From Acidimicrobiia bacterium (GTDB lineage Bacteria; Actinomycetota; Acidimicrobiia; Spongiisociales; ZC4RG35), in NCBI GenBank assembly GCA_965203555.1, contig CBDBCY010000004.1:896001-960000 (forward strand): DNA of 64,000 nt, in the 5' to 3' direction. A program made the translations under genes and the position numbers. The notes beneath the pieces are model-generated. The model did not search any database and had not been told where the DNA came from. It worked only from the letters and a program-made list of their open reading frames with translations. Below, one piece after another: positions 9,471-20,679 of the stretch. The first letter of the stretch is position 1. Every line of letters begins with the position of its first letter.

Positions 9471-10490
9471 TTGATGAGTAATCCCCCGGTGGACCGGCAG
9501 CCTCCCTTTCCGGTTTGGTTCGAGCGCGCCTACTGGCCGGGGATGGACGAAGTGCGAGGGATGGGAATAGAGGTGCTCAGTCCCGGAGATGCCCGGGACC
9601 CGTATCACGGCGTGGAAGAGGCTGTCGCCATCGTGGCCGGGGTTCTCCGGTACGACCGGCAGGTGATGGACAGGGCGCCGAAACTGACGGTGATTGCCCG
9701 CACCGGAATCGGCTACGACGGAGTGAACCTGGTGGACGCCACCCGGCGAAATATCTATGTCTGCAATACCCCCGATGGCCCGACCATCCCCACCGCCGAG
9801 CATGCCATCGCCTTGATTCTGGCTGCGGCCAAGCGACTTGCGGCCATACAGCATCACCTGCGGCAGGGAGATCGGACCAGCATAAAGGCCCATTCCTCGG
9901 TGGAACTTTTCGGCAAGGTGTTGGGGTTGGTGGGGTTCGGTCGGATCGCCCGTCGGGTAGCGGCCGCCGCCCAAGCCCTGGGAATGAACGTCATCTCCTA
10001 TGACCCGTACCTGACGGACCAACAGTTCGCAAATGTGACCCGGTCGACAGGGCTGGAAGAGATGTTGGCCTCAGCCGATGTGGTCTCCATTCATATCCCC
10101 CTCACCGAACAGTCGCGACGCATGTTCGACCTACAGACCCTCTCGGGTATGAAGCGGGGCGCCATCCTCGTCAACACCGCCCGGGGTGGGCTGGTCGACA
10201 CCGAAGCCCTGTTGCAAGCGATCACCTCCGGACAACTAGGGGCCGCGGCGCTGGATGTTACCGACCCCGAACCTCTCCCGGTCGATCATCCCCTGTTGCA
10301 CCTCGACAACGTTCTGATCACCCCTCATGTTGCTTCCTGGACACAGGAAGCCAAACGTCGCATGCTGATGGGAGCCGTCGATCGGGTCCTGGAAGTGCTG
10401 ACCGGGCGCCAACCTGTCAATGTGGTCAACCCTGAAGTGCTCGGTCGATTGAACCTCAAACCGCAAGGAGCATTTGAAGTCTCGTCATGA
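9471..10490 (+). CDS. D-isomer-specific 2-hydroxyacid dehydrogenase (SerA-like, no ACT domain)
   Basis: GFGRIA NAD motif, VNTARGGLVD, LDVTDPEP, ITPHVA. Confidence 0.9.
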   Translation: MMSNPPVDRQPPFPVWFERAYWPGMDEVRGMGIEVLSPGDARDPYHGVEEAVAIVAGVLRYDRQVMDRAPKLTVIARTGIGYDGVNLVDATRRNIYVCNTPDGPTIPTAEHAIALILAAAKRLAAIQHHLRQGDRTSIKAHSSVELFGKVLGLVGFGRIARRVAAAAQALGMNVISYDPYLTDQQFANVTRSTGLEEMLASADVVSIHIPLTEQSRRMFDLQTLSGMKRGAILVNTARGGLVDTEALLQAITSGQLGAAALDVTDPEPLPVDHPLLHLDNVLITPHVASWTQEAKRRMLMGAVDRVLEVLTGRQPVNVVNPEVLGRLNLKPQGAFEVSS

Positions 10491-11668
10491 CGCACTTTCA
10501 CATCGACCCCAAGCGTCCGGGCATCGGTCTGATTGGCTTCGGCTGGATGGGGCAATCTCACAGCCGCGCCTATCGGAACATCGAGGTTTACTTCCCCGAC
10601 AGCGACATCCAACCGAGATTGGTGGCCATGGCCGACCCCGTCCCCGAGCGGGTAGAGACAGCAGTGGGACATTTCGGATACGAGCGGGGGTACCCGGACT
10701 GGGAAGAAGTGCTCAACCACCCTGAAGTGGACGTAGTGGACATCACCGCCCCCAATTCCATGCACCGGGTAATCGCTGAGGCAGCGGCCCGGGCCGGGAA
10801 GGCCGTCTTCTGTGAAAAGCCGGTGGGGGAACACCCAGAGGACACCGGCGCCATAGCCCGGGCAATCCGCGCCGCAGGGGTCTTTTCGGGGTGCGGTTAC
10901 AACTATCGGTGGGCGCCCTTGGTGCAACATGTGCACACCCTGATCGAAGAGGGTCGGTTCGGCAGACTGACTCACTATCGGGGACGCTTCTTCTCCATGT
11001 ACGGTCGCGATCCCCTTTCCCTTCTGACTTGGCGATTCACCGACAGATCGCGTTACGGGACATTGACCGACATAATGTCCCACGCCATAGACATGGCGCT
11101 TTTTTTGTGCGGACCCATCCAGAGGGTGGTGGCAACCCGGGAGACCTTCATCACCCACAGGCCGATACCGGTCCCCGGCAGTGGCACCCACTACGACCTG
11201 GGCTCTCCGGAGGACCCCAAGGGACCGGTGACCAACGAGGACTACGTCGGGGCCTTGGTGGAATTCCAGAACGGCGCCCGGGGGACCCTTGAGGCCGACC
11301 GCACCATTTTCGGTCCACAGAGCGACATGGCGTTCGAACTGAACGGGACCAAGGGGGCCGCCTCCTGGACACACGAGAAACTCAACGCCCTGGAGCTCTA
11401 TCTACCCGAAGAACAGCCGGTGGACGGGTTCATCCAGGTCCTGGCAGGAGATTGGCTTCCCCACCAGGGACACATCGTGCCCGGAAACGGGAACTCGATC
11501 GGCTACGAAGCTATGAAGCTCATCGAGTTGTACGAGTTCCTCCGGGCGATCGCCTCTCATTCCCCCTTCTCACCGGATTTCGAAGAGGCGGCCGACGTGG
11601 CCAGGGTCCAGTCGGCTATGGCCCGCTCCTGGGAGTCGGGCGCCTGGGAGAAGATAGGGGAGATCTAA
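10487..11668 (+). CDS. Gfo/Idh/MocA oxidoreductase, probable inositol/sugar dehydrogenase
   Basis: GLIGFGWMG, CEKP, YNYRW, DIMSHAID; adjacent to iol genes. Confidence 0.88.
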   Translation: MTHFHIDPKRPGIGLIGFGWMGQSHSRAYRNIEVYFPDSDIQPRLVAMADPVPERVETAVGHFGYERGYPDWEEVLNHPEVDVVDITAPNSMHRVIAEAAARAGKAVFCEKPVGEHPEDTGAIARAIRAAGVFSGCGYNYRWAPLVQHVHTLIEEGRFGRLTHYRGRFFSMYGRDPLSLLTWRFTDRSRYGTLTDIMSHAIDMALFLCGPIQRVVATRETFITHRPIPVPGSGTHYDLGSPEDPKGPVTNEDYVGALVEFQNGARGTLEADRTIFGPQSDMAFELNGTKGAASWTHEKLNALELYLPEEQPVDGFIQVLAGDWLPHQGHIVPGNGNSIGYEAMKLIELYEFLRAIASHSPFSPDFEEAADVARVQSAMARSWESGAWEKIGEI

Positions 11669-11681
11669 ACCGCCGAGTTGT

Positions 11682-12959
11682 TCAAAGGACCGGGGCAGCG
11701 AACAGAACGCCTCCGAACAGAAGCCAAGCCACCAGGAGGGTCCACAGGATATTGACGCCTTGGGCAACCAGGAACCCGGCCGCGGGTCGGCCTCCCTCCA
11801 TCGACACCAGGTCCCGGAACCGCGTCTCCAAGCCGATACACAGGAAAGCGAGGGAAAACCACCACGTACGCAGGCCCCTCAGCAAATCCTCCGTGGAGTC
11901 GACCACTTCCGCACTCAGCAGAAAAGAAAACACCACAGAGGCAACCATGAAGCCCAGCACGAATTTGGGAAACCGGTCCCAGATCACCTTTGCCGTGGGT
12001 CTTTGGTCGCTGCGGCCATCGCCCCGGAAGGCCCACCACAGGGATATCGCAAAAGCGGCCAGACCGAGAAGAGCGTTTTGGGAGAATTTGACAATGACCG
12101 CCGCGTTTAGAGCGGAGTCGCCAAGGATCTCACCTGAAGCCACCACTGCGCCGGAGGTGTCGATGGTCCCTCCCAGCCAGGCGCCGGCCACCACCCGGGA
12201 CAAACCCAGGGACTCGGCCAGCGGCGGCATGAAGATCGCCATCGGGGCAGCGACGATCAACACCAGCGAGGTGACGTAGGACAGTTTCTTCCGGTCACCT
12301 GCCACTGCTCCGCATGCCGCGATAGCTGCAGAAACCCCACAGATCGAGACGGCAGTGGCCAACATGACCGAAAACTCCTTGTCAACCCGAATCCGGCGCG
12401 AGAACCAGTAACAAAAGCGCCAGACAACCACTATGACCAGCAAGGCTTGGCCGAGGCCGAACAGACCTGCTCGCAGTATGTCACCAAAGATGATTCCGGC
12501 GCCGAGAATCACCAGCCCGGTCTTTATGTAGTACTCCGTTCGGACTGCATCTCTCATCCACGACGGGACCGAGCCCAGGTTCGAGATGAGCAGGCCCACC
12601 ACCAGAGAAACGATCACGTAGCTGATCCCCCATTCCTTGAGAAGCGGGGCGCCGGCAACCACCTGGCAGACCCATGCGAGGAGAAATACCGCCGGAAAGC
12701 CGACGAGATGGTAACGAAGGGGCTCTCCCATGGCCTTGATTCCCGCCGCCGAAATGGTGAGCAGCAGGAGACCTACCACCAGCACGGCTCCGAGATTGGC
12801 CGGAGAGAGGGTTTGCGCCAAAGAACCATCCCTCCAAGAGAACGAAGGCATGACAGGCCGCACCCCCACCAAGATCAACACGATCAATGCGCCGCCCACC
12901 CACACGGACACCCAGTCCTCTGACCGGACCAAGGGTTTATTGCGGGAAGATTCGCTCAT
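11682..12959 (-). CDS. YeiH/putative sulfate exporter (PSE) family membrane protein
   Basis: RSEDW, TEYYIKTGLVILG, AVSICGVSAAIA, GGTIDTSGAV, WDRFPKFVLGF. Confidence 0.85.
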   Translation of the reverse strand: MSESSRNKPLVRSEDWVSVWVGGALIVLILVGVRPVMPSFSWRDGSLAQTLSPANLGAVLVVGLLLLTISAAGIKAMGEPLRYHLVGFPAVFLLAWVCQVVAGAPLLKEWGISYVIVSLVVGLLISNLGSVPSWMRDAVRTEYYIKTGLVILGAGIIFGDILRAGLFGLGQALLVIVVVWRFCYWFSRRIRVDKEFSVMLATAVSICGVSAAIAACGAVAGDRKKLSYVTSLVLIVAAPMAIFMPPLAESLGLSRVVAGAWLGGTIDTSGAVVASGEILGDSALNAAVIVKFSQNALLGLAAFAISLWWAFRGDGRSDQRPTAKVIWDRFPKFVLGFMVASVVFSFLLSAEVVDSTEDLLRGLRTWWFSLAFLCIGLETRFRDLVSMEGGRPAAGFLVAQGVNILWTLLVAWLLFGGVLFAAPVL

Positions 12960-13352
12960 CGAAATACGCAGCCCTTCTTTGTTGTCAGGGCCTTCCGACA
13001 CCATGTTATCCGGTATTGCTGTTACCCGTATTGCCCGTGTGGGCGCCAAGAGTCATGGCATCCACCACAGCAGTCACCGTCGGGCGACAACCGTCCGATA
13101 TCATCACGCAAAACCGAAAGAACGGAGGGGCTTGCAGCCTGGGAAAGCAGTTCAACGATCAGCAACCCGCCCACCCCCTTCCATTGAAAAGGACCCCGGT
13201 TTTGGAGGATGACCAGTGGTGAATAATGTAGAATTCGCCGAGACCCGATCCGTGGGATCGGGAACTCTGGAAGCGGTTGGCTGGTTTACTCCCGAGGAGG
13301 ACAGCGCAACCGGGGAGACGCCCAGGGGATACAACCGAGGAGACGACTGAGC

Positions 13353-15194
13353 ATGGAGACGATCCGGCTGACTATGGCGCAAGCCGTGGTTAAGTGGCTT
13401 ATTGCCCAAAACACCGTGATCGACGGAGAGACAGTACCGATGTTTCCCGGTGTCTTCGCCATCTTCGGACACGGCAACGTCAGTTGCCTGGGCGAGGCCC
13501 TTCAACCGGTCTCCGACCAACTCCCCACCTGGCGGGGACAGAACGAGCAAGGTATGGCCCTGGCTGCCATGGCTTTCGCCAAGGCTCGTCGCCGCCGCCA
13601 GATCATGGTGGCGGCGGCCTCGATAGGTCCGGGATGCACCAACATGATCACCGCCGCGGCCGCAGCCCACGCCAACCGGCTTCCCGTCCTGTTGTTCAGC
13701 GGCGACACCTTCACCCATCGGATTGTCGATCCGGTCTTGCAGCAGGTGGAAAACTTCGATGATCCCACCGTCACCGTGTGCGACGCCTTCCGCCCCGTCT
13801 CCCGGTACTGGGATCGCATCACCCGACCGGAGCAGATCGTCCAATCCCTGCCACAGGCGCTGGGCGTCATGCTGGATCCGGCCGACTGCGGCCCGGCTTT
13901 CATCGCCCTTCCCCAGGACGTTCAGTCCGAGGCTTACAACTATCCGGCCGCTTTCTTCGCCGAGCGCGTTCACTACATCCGCCGCCCGGCCCCCGATCCC
14001 AGGGATACCGCGGCCGCCGCCGCCCTGATCGCGGAGGCTCAACAGCCGCTGATCATCGCCGGAGGGGGCGTCCACTACTCCGATGCCTGCCGGGAACTCG
14101 CCGACTTCGCAATACGAAGGGGCATACCGGTGGTGGAGACGGTGGCCGGAAAGTCAGTGATGGAGCACAGCCATCCCAACTACGCGGGGACGATCGGCGT
14201 CATCGGGGGCGCCTCGGCCAATTACCTGGCTGCCCAGGCCGATCTGGTGATTGCCGTGGGCACCCGGCTGCAGGACTTCACCACCGGCTCGTGGACCGCC
14301 TTCCAACGCCCCGAGGTGCGGTTCGTGTCCATCAACGCCGCCCGCTGGGACGCGCTCAAGCAGCACTCCCAAGCAGTCATAGGCGACGCTCGGGTGGGCT
14401 TGGCGGCGATCGACAGCCGGCTGGGGAGCTACCGGGCGCCCGCGGAGTGGCTGGAGACCAGCCGGACCCGCACGGACAGGTGGAACTCCTACCTGGACGG
14501 TTGGCTGGCCCGGTCCGACTCTCCTCCGGCGTACCAATCGGTGATCCAAACCATATTGGAGGTCAGCGACCCCGACGACTACTGCCTCTCGGCGGCAGGC
14601 GGTCTTCCCGGAGAACTCAACATGGGTTGGCGATCGAAGGCGGTCGGAACCTTCGACTGCGAGTTCGGTTATTCCACGATGGGATATGAAATCTCCGGCG
14701 CCTGGGGGGCCAAGATGGCGCTCCCGGACCGGGACGTGCTGACCTGGGTGGGCGACGGAGGCTATCTGATGATGAACTCCGACCTCTATTCCAGCGTATT
14801 CAGCGGTCACAAAATAATCATGATCGTGTGCGACAACGGCGGATTCGCCGTCATCAACCGGCTGCAGATCAACGCCGGAGGAGAGGAGTTCAACAACCTC
14901 TTTTCCTCCTCGCGGCATGAGAGGATGACTCGAGTTGACTTCGTGGAACATGCCCGCTCGATGGGCGCCCTGGCGGAACGGGTGGAACGACTGGACCAGT
15001 TGTCCGGCGCATACCGGCGGGCCAAGGAAGCGGATCGCACCTACGTGATAGTGATCGAGACACATCCTTACCAGTGGGGGGAGGGCGGCGCCTGGTGGGA
15101 GGTGGGCATACCCGAGGTGAGCGAACGGGAACTGGTGAGAGTAGCCCGCGGCCAATCCGAGGCGGAACGGAAACATCAGCGAGTAGGTATATAG
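13353..15194 (+). CDS. iolD: 3D-(3,5/4)-trihydroxycyclohexane-1,2-dione acylhydrolase
   Basis: TIRLTMAQA, IFGHGNV, NEQGMA, EFGYSTMGYEI, TPP motif GDGGYLMMNS. Confidence 0.95.
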   Translation: METIRLTMAQAVVKWLIAQNTVIDGETVPMFPGVFAIFGHGNVSCLGEALQPVSDQLPTWRGQNEQGMALAAMAFAKARRRRQIMVAAASIGPGCTNMITAAAAAHANRLPVLLFSGDTFTHRIVDPVLQQVENFDDPTVTVCDAFRPVSRYWDRITRPEQIVQSLPQALGVMLDPADCGPAFIALPQDVQSEAYNYPAAFFAERVHYIRRPAPDPRDTAAAAALIAEAQQPLIIAGGGVHYSDACRELADFAIRRGIPVVETVAGKSVMEHSHPNYAGTIGVIGGASANYLAAQADLVIAVGTRLQDFTTGSWTAFQRPEVRFVSINAARWDALKQHSQAVIGDARVGLAAIDSRLGSYRAPAEWLETSRTRTDRWNSYLDGWLARSDSPPAYQSVIQTILEVSDPDDYCLSAAGGLPGELNMGWRSKAVGTFDCEFGYSTMGYEISGAWGAKMALPDRDVLTWVGDGGYLMMNSDLYSSVFSGHKIIMIVCDNGGFAVINRLQINAGGEEFNNLFSSSRHERMTRVDFVEHARSMGALAERVERLDQLSGAYRRAKEADRTYVIVIETHPYQWGEGGAWWEVGIPEVSERELVRVARGQSEAERKHQRVGI

Positions 15195-15213
15195 ACCTCC
15201 CTTTTCTGAAATC

Positions 15214-16026
15214 ATGCGGCCTTTCGACAAGAAGATTGCAGTAATAACCGGAAGCACCTCCGGCATGGGAGAGGCAACTGCCCGTCTGATGGCCGAGCGG
15301 GGAGCAGAAGGCATCCTGGTGTCCGGGCGTGATCGCCTCCGTGGAGAAAAGGTGGTCCGGTCCCTGCTTTGCCACGGGACCAGGGCTGCATTCGTAGCCG
15401 CCGACCTGTCGGAACCCGACGCCTACCTCGAGGTAATCCGGTCTGCCGACCGGTGCTTCGGGCGGATTGACATTCTGGTCAACAGCGCAGGGAGCACAGC
15501 GCGAGGGTCCATCGAATCAACGACGATGGATCAATGGGACGAGATGATGGCGATTAACCTGCGGTCTCCCTTCTTCCTCATGCAGGAAACGGTTCGCATC
15601 ATGCGGCGGGAAGGAAACGGCGGCACCATCGTCAACGTCGGGTCTATCGCCGCACACGGCGGACAACCCCACATCGCCCCTTATTCCGCCTCCAAGGCGG
15701 CTCTCGCCGCGTTGACCCGCAACATCGCGTACGCGGTGATGCCCCACCGGATCAGGGTCAATTGTCTTCAGCCCGGCTGGTCGGACACTCCCGCCGAGGA
15801 CAAAGTGCAAAGAAGAGGCGGCGCCGATGAGGACTGGCTGGCCAAAGCCGAGGCACGCTCACCGTTCGGCAGACTTCTGAAAGTCGGAGAAATAGCCGAA
15901 GCCATAGGGTTCCTGGCTTCCGACGCCTCGGGGCTGATGACCGGGGCGGTCATCGACTACGACCAGACGGTGCGCGGCGCGGGAAGACCGCCCCAACCCC
16001 CTCCTCGAACCGGAGCGGCCCGATGA
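15214..16026 (+). CDS. Short-chain dehydrogenase/reductase
   Basis: TGSTSGMG, LVNSAG, YSASK catalytic motif. Confidence 0.9.
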   Translation: MRPFDKKIAVITGSTSGMGEATARLMAERGAEGILVSGRDRLRGEKVVRSLLCHGTRAAFVAADLSEPDAYLEVIRSADRCFGRIDILVNSAGSTARGSIESTTMDQWDEMMAINLRSPFFLMQETVRIMRREGNGGTIVNVGSIAAHGGQPHIAPYSASKAALAALTRNIAYAVMPHRIRVNCLQPGWSDTPAEDKVQRRGGADEDWLAKAEARSPFGRLLKVGEIAEAIGFLASDASGLMTGAVIDYDQTVRGAGRPPQPPPRTGAAR

Positions 16027-16922
16027 TTCCCCTGGCGGACCGAATCGCGGGAGCGCCCATCACCTGGGGTGTCGACGGGTCTCCCGGATGGGGTTTTCTT
16101 CTTCCAAGAAGCCGGGTCCTGGAGGAAATGGCTTCCATCGGACTTTCCGCCACCGAATTGGGACCGGACGGTTTTCTGGGTAAGACCCCCGAGGAAGCCC
16201 GGGAGAACGCTTCATCGGCGGGGCTATCGGTGGTCGGGGGGTTCGTGCCCCTGCTGCTCCATCTCCCCGCCCACGTCAAAGAACAGTCGGCCTATGCCGA
16301 CCGTGCGATCAAGACTCTCTCAGCGTGCGGATCGCAGATCATGGTGCTCGGTCCGGAGCTTCCCCAGTACGGCTATGACCTCTCACAGGACCTGAGCCCC
16401 GCCCATTGGACGACCTTCGACAGGAACCTGAAGAGATTGATAGGACAAGCGGGGGAAGAGGGACTGGAAGTGGCCCTGCATCAGCATTGGGGAATGGCGG
16501 TGGAGAAACTTCAACATCTGGAGCGGGTTCTATCCAGCACCGAGGTGTCTTTGTGCCTGGACACCGGTCACATGTTCCTGGCGGGAATCGACCCGCTGGA
16601 GATAGCCAGTGCGGCGCCCGATCGGGTCGCCCATGTCCATCTCAAGGACGTGGACGAAGCCTCCGCCGCCCGGGTCCGGGCGAGAGAAATCACTTTCCGA
16701 CAGGGCGTGAAGACCGGATTGTTTCGACCTTTGGGTTTAGGGGACGTGGATATCGGTGGGGTGATAACCACCCTGGAGAAGGCCGGATATCAAGGCTGGT
16801 ACGTTCTCGAGCAGGACAAGATCCTCGGAGAGGCGCCCCAGTCCCGCCGAGGCCCCATTGAGGACGCCGAGACAAGTACCCGGTATCTGTTGGAACTGGC
16901 AAAGCTGATCGAGAGACCATGA
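16023..16922 (+). CDS. iolE: Inosose dehydratase (IolE-like TIM barrel)
   Basis: AGAPITWGV, TELGP, CLDTGH, HVHLKD, WYVLEQD. Confidence 0.8.
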   Translation: MIPLADRIAGAPITWGVDGSPGWGFLLPRSRVLEEMASIGLSATELGPDGFLGKTPEEARENASSAGLSVVGGFVPLLLHLPAHVKEQSAYADRAIKTLSACGSQIMVLGPELPQYGYDLSQDLSPAHWTTFDRNLKRLIGQAGEEGLEVALHQHWGMAVEKLQHLERVLSSTEVSLCLDTGHMFLAGIDPLEIASAAPDRVAHVHLKDVDEASAARVRAREITFRQGVKTGLFRPLGLGDVDIGGVITTLEKAGYQGWYVLEQDKILGEAPQSRRGPIEDAETSTRYLLELAKLIERP

Positions 16923-17064
16923 AAGAAAAAGAGTTGCGGAGCATATTGAGTGTTCCGCCTCGCCTATATACTGACAACAGTTGTTGCCTCTGTGGTAAGC
17001 AAACCCCTATTTGCTTACGACGGATGGACTATGCGCAACCGTTCACGAAAGGAGACGAGTCCTT

Positions 17065-18111
17065 ATGAGAAGCAAATATCTGGTGACCGTTCTCGCGGCA
17101 ATGGCCCTGATAATGGCCGCCTGCGGCGGAGACGACGCGGCGGAGACCACCGCCGCGCCCGACACCACCGCGGCCGCCACCCAGGAAACCTCCGCCCCGG
17201 AACCCACCACCGCCCCCGCTGATGCAGTCGCCCAGCGCGACCTCAGCTTCGTAGTGGTTTCCCACGGCCAGTCCTCCGACCCCTTCTGGTCGGTGGCCGC
17301 CAACGGTGTGAAAGCTGCCGAGGAGGACATGGGCGTGTCGGTGGTGTACCAGGCCCCCGGTACCTTCGACATGGCCGAGATGGCACAGATCATCGACGCG
17401 GCGGTGGCCTCACAGCCCGACGGTTTGGTGGTGACCATTCCTGACGCCGACGCATTGGGCCCAAGCATCCGCGCCGCAGTGGACGCCGGCATCCCGGTGA
17501 TCTCCATGAACTCCGGTTCTGATGTCTTCGCCGATCTCGGCGTGCTGGTTCATGTGGGTCAGACCGAGTACGAAGCCGGTCTTATCGCCGGACAGGAAAT
17601 GGGAGCGATGGGAGTGGGCAACGCACTCTGCATCAACCAGGAAGTCGGGAACGCCGCGCTCGACGCCCGCTGTCAGGGCTTCAGCGACGGACTGGGCGGC
17701 GACGTGGAAGTCATCCCCGTCGACTTGGCCGACCCCACCGGCGCGCAGGCCGCCATAGAGGGCGCCCTGTCGTCCCGTAGTCCCGACGGCGTTTTGGCCC
17801 TCGGTCCGACCGGCGCCATCCCGGCCTTGAACGCCATGGAGAACCTGGGCATGCTGGGCCAAGTGGAACTGGCGACTTTCGACCTAGGTCCCGAAGTGCT
17901 GGAAGCCATCGGCGCCGGCGATATGGCGTTCGCCATCGACCAGTACCAGTACGCGCAGGGTTACCTGCCGATCGTGCTCCTGACCATGTTCCACGAGACC
18001 GGCGGACTCCCGCTCGGTTCCGTCGACAGGGTCGTGCTGACCGGACCGCAGTTGGTGACCTCCGAAAATGCCGCTGACGTGATCTCCTACTCAGAAGAGG
18101 GATTGCGTTAG
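17065..18111 (+). CDS. Sugar (inositol) ABC transporter substrate-binding lipoprotein
   Basis: RBS AAAGGAG; lipobox MAAC; [30 protein letters not shown]. Confidence 0.9.
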   Translation: MRSKYLVTVLAAMALIMAACGGDDAAETTAAPDTTAAATQETSAPEPTTAPADAVAQRDLSFVVVSHGQSSDPFWSVAANGVKAAEEDMGVSVVYQAPGTFDMAEMAQIIDAAVASQPDGLVVTIPDADALGPSIRAAVDAGIPVISMNSGSDVFADLGVLVHVGQTEYEAGLIAGQEMGAMGVGNALCINQEVGNAALDARCQGFSDGLGGDVEVIPVDLADPTGAQAAIEGALSSRSPDGVLALGPTGAIPALNAMENLGMLGQVELATFDLGPEVLEAIGAGDMAFAIDQYQYAQGYLPIVLLTMFHETGGLPLGSVDRVVLTGPQLVTSENAADVISYSEEGLR

Positions 18112-18133
18112 GGACGCAAACAATTCAAACCTA

Positions 18134-18162
18134 AAAGGGAGGCCGTTTACCGGCCTCCCTTT
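18134..18162 (+). terminator. Hairpin after SBP gene (intrinsic terminator or mRNA stabiliser)
   Basis: AAAGGGAGGCCG-TTTAC-CGGCCTCCCTTT perfect inverted repeat. Confidence 0.8.
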
Positions 18163-18224
18163 GTTATTGCCTGCTAGCTTTACGGAACGGAGACCAAGGA
18201 GACGAGACCAAAGGAGGTTGTTCC

Positions 18225-19259
18225 ATGACGGACGAACGGGTAAGGCAAATGGGCCTGGCCAATCGGCTCCTGACAAGACCGGAGTTCGGGGCGTTCCTGG
18301 CTCTGGTGGTGGTGTGGATCTTTTTCGCCATTGTGGCATTCGACAACAACTTCGTGTCGTGGACCACCACCGCATCCATTCTCAACCGGGCCGCCCCGCT
18401 CGGCATCCTGGCGGTGGCGGTGGCGCTATTGATGATCGCCGGCGAGTTCGACCTATCGATCGGATCGATAGTGGGATTCGCCGGAATGGCGGTCATGTTG
18501 CTGGTCACCCCAGCCGACGCAGGCGGCTTCGGGCTTCCTGTCTGGATCGCGGTGCTGATCGCTCTGATAATCACCCTGCTCACCGGATTCTTCAACGGGG
18601 TGCTGGTGATGGCCACCAGGCTGCCGTCTTTCATCATCACCTTGGGGTCATTGTTCATCTTCCGAGGCTTGGCGGTGGCCATCCCGCGACTGATGACCAA
18701 CCGCACCCAGCTGGGTGGATTCGAGGACTATGACTCCGGAGGCTGGGCGGCGACCTTCGCCACGAAGATAGAGTTGGGCGGCGCCAGGTTTGACATCGCC
18801 ATCGTCTGGTGGATCGTCATTGCGGCGATCGCCACGATGCTGCTGCTCAAAACCCATATCGGCAACTGGATCTTCGGAGCGGGAGGCGACGCCAACGCTG
18901 CTCGTAACATCGGCGTCCCGGTGGCCAGGCTCAAGATAGCGCTGTTCATGATAACCGCGCTGGCCGCTTTCATCGTGGCGCTGATCCAGGCAACCCAACT
19001 CAACAGCGCCGATTCACTGCGTGGCACGCTCAAGGAATTCGAAGCCATCATCGCCGTGGTGGTGGGCGGGACCCTGCTCACCGGCGGTTACGGATCGGTG
19101 CTGGGGCCGGTGTTCGGCGCTCTGATCTTCGCCATGGTGCAGCAGGGCATCATCATTACCGGGGTTGACGGGGACTGGTTCCGCGTATTCGTAGGAGGCA
19201 TCCTGGTTCTGGCAGTGATCTTCAATAACTTCATCCGACAGAGAGCGAGCAGACGATGA
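18225..19259 (+). CDS. Sugar ABC transporter permease (BPD_transp_2)
   Basis: [35 protein letters not shown]. Confidence 0.93.
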   Translation: MTDERVRQMGLANRLLTRPEFGAFLALVVVWIFFAIVAFDNNFVSWTTTASILNRAAPLGILAVAVALLMIAGEFDLSIGSIVGFAGMAVMLLVTPADAGGFGLPVWIAVLIALIITLLTGFFNGVLVMATRLPSFIITLGSLFIFRGLAVAIPRLMTNRTQLGGFEDYDSGGWAATFATKIELGGARFDIAIVWWIVIAAIATMLLLKTHIGNWIFGAGGDANAARNIGVPVARLKIALFMITALAAFIVALIQATQLNSADSLRGTLKEFEAIIAVVVGGTLLTGGYGSVLGPVFGALIFAMVQQGIIITGVDGDWFRVFVGGILVLAVIFNNFIRQRASRR

Positions 19260-20035
19260 GCGACAAGATTCTCGAAATCCAGAACGTATCCAAATTCTTC
19301 GGAAGCGTCATAGCTCTTCAGAACGTCTCGATGTTCGTCCGGCCCGGACAGGTCACCTGCCTCCTGGGCGACAACGGAGCGGGCAAGTCCACCCTGATCA
19401 AGACCTTGGCCGGGGTTCACAAGCCCAGCGAAGGACGGTACTTCTTCGAAGGCAAGGAGACACTGTTCGAATCGCCGCGAGAGGCCCTGAACGCCGGAAT
19501 CGCCACCGTCTACCAGGACTTGGCGATGATCCCCCTGATGTCGATCTGGCGGAATTTCTTCCTGGGCTCGGAGCCCTTGAAGGCCGGACCGTTTTTTGAC
19601 ATCGAGAACGCCAAGCGGATCACACGCGAAGAGATGGCCAAAATGGGGATCGACATCCGAGATCCCGATCAGCCGGTAGGAACCCTTTCAGGAGGCGAGC
19701 GCCAGTCGGTGGCCATAGCCCGAGCGGTCTACTTCGGGGCCAAGGTTTTGATCCTGGACGAGCCCACGGCCGCTTTGGGAGTCAAGCAGGCAGGTGTGGT
19801 GCTTCGGTACATCGTCGAAGCCCGCAATCGGGGCATAGGAGTGATCTTCATCACTCACAATCCCCACCACGCCTATCCGGTGGGGGACCACTTCGTGATC
19901 CTCAAGCGGGGGCAGATCCTCGGCGACTACGCCAAGGACGAAGTGGCGATCGACCATCTGATCCAGATGATGGCCGGCGGCGCCGACCTGGAGCAACTCC
20001 AACACGAACTGGCGGAAGCAACCGGAAGAAGTTAG
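19256..20035 (+). CDS. Sugar ABC transporter ATP-binding protein
   Basis: [21 protein letters not shown]. Confidence 0.93.
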   Translation: MSDKILEIQNVSKFFGSVIALQNVSMFVRPGQVTCLLGDNGAGKSTLIKTLAGVHKPSEGRYFFEGKETLFESPREALNAGIATVYQDLAMIPLMSIWRNFFLGSEPLKAGPFFDIENAKRITREEMAKMGIDIRDPDQPVGTLSGGERQSVAIARAVYFGAKVLILDEPTAALGVKQAGVVLRYIVEARNRGIGVIFITHNPHHAYPVGDHFVILKRGQILGDYAKDEVAIDHLIQMMAGGADLEQLQHELAEATGRS

Positions 20036-20063
20036 CAGAGACTCTCTACGGGGTGCGGGTCGC

Positions 20064-20645
20064 TCAGCGGCCCCCACCCCACTTACGTACCGTTTCTATC
20101 GCTTCGGAAGTCAAAGAGATCCGGTAGTTCATCACCGGCCGCGACAGTATCAGCCTCACCACCGCCTCGGCATATTGCTCTGACGGAGTTCCCTCCCACG
20201 TCGGTCCCTCGAACCATGCAGTGCCGGGCGGTAGTTTCTGCGCCTCCAGAAAGGCCTCCCGCAATTCGGCATGGTCGGCGCACACATGTTCAACATGATG
20301 AGCCAGTTCATGTATCAGGGAATGACGAAGGTGCGGAGCGGTAGCCGGGATATCCAGGACCACCCTGGCATCTTCGGGAATGTAATAGGCCTTCGATCCC
20401 TCCAGGGTCCAATCCCCTTCCAGGGTTACTTCGCCGATGCACCCTGCTTGGTTTGGGAACGCCCCCAGGAACTCATCCCAGACCTCCCGGCCCAGAACCC
20501 GCAGGTCGGAGGGGGTGTCGCGGGCAAATAACAGGGCAGGAGAGGAGCTTCCGCACGCTGCCATGAACGCCCCTGCCAGCCAGCAGAGGACAACCAGCCG
20601 GAAAGGGCCGGCATTCTTCCTGGTTAATCTCTGGTGGGTGGACAT
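20064..20645 (-). CDS. Lipoprotein with HExxH zincin-like motif
   Basis: Lipobox MAAC; IHELAHHVEH and downstream SEQYAEA. Confidence 0.65.
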   Translation of the reverse strand: MSTHQRLTRKNAGPFRLVVLCWLAGAFMAACGSSSPALLFARDTPSDLRVLGREVWDEFLGAFPNQAGCIGEVTLEGDWTLEGSKAYYIPEDARVVLDIPATAPHLRHSLIHELAHHVEHVCADHAELREAFLEAQKLPPGTAWFEGPTWEGTPSEQYAEAVVRLILSRPVMNYRISLTSEAIETVRKWGGGR

Positions 20646-20679
20646 TCCACATCGACTCTATAGAGGATGGGCCCATCCA

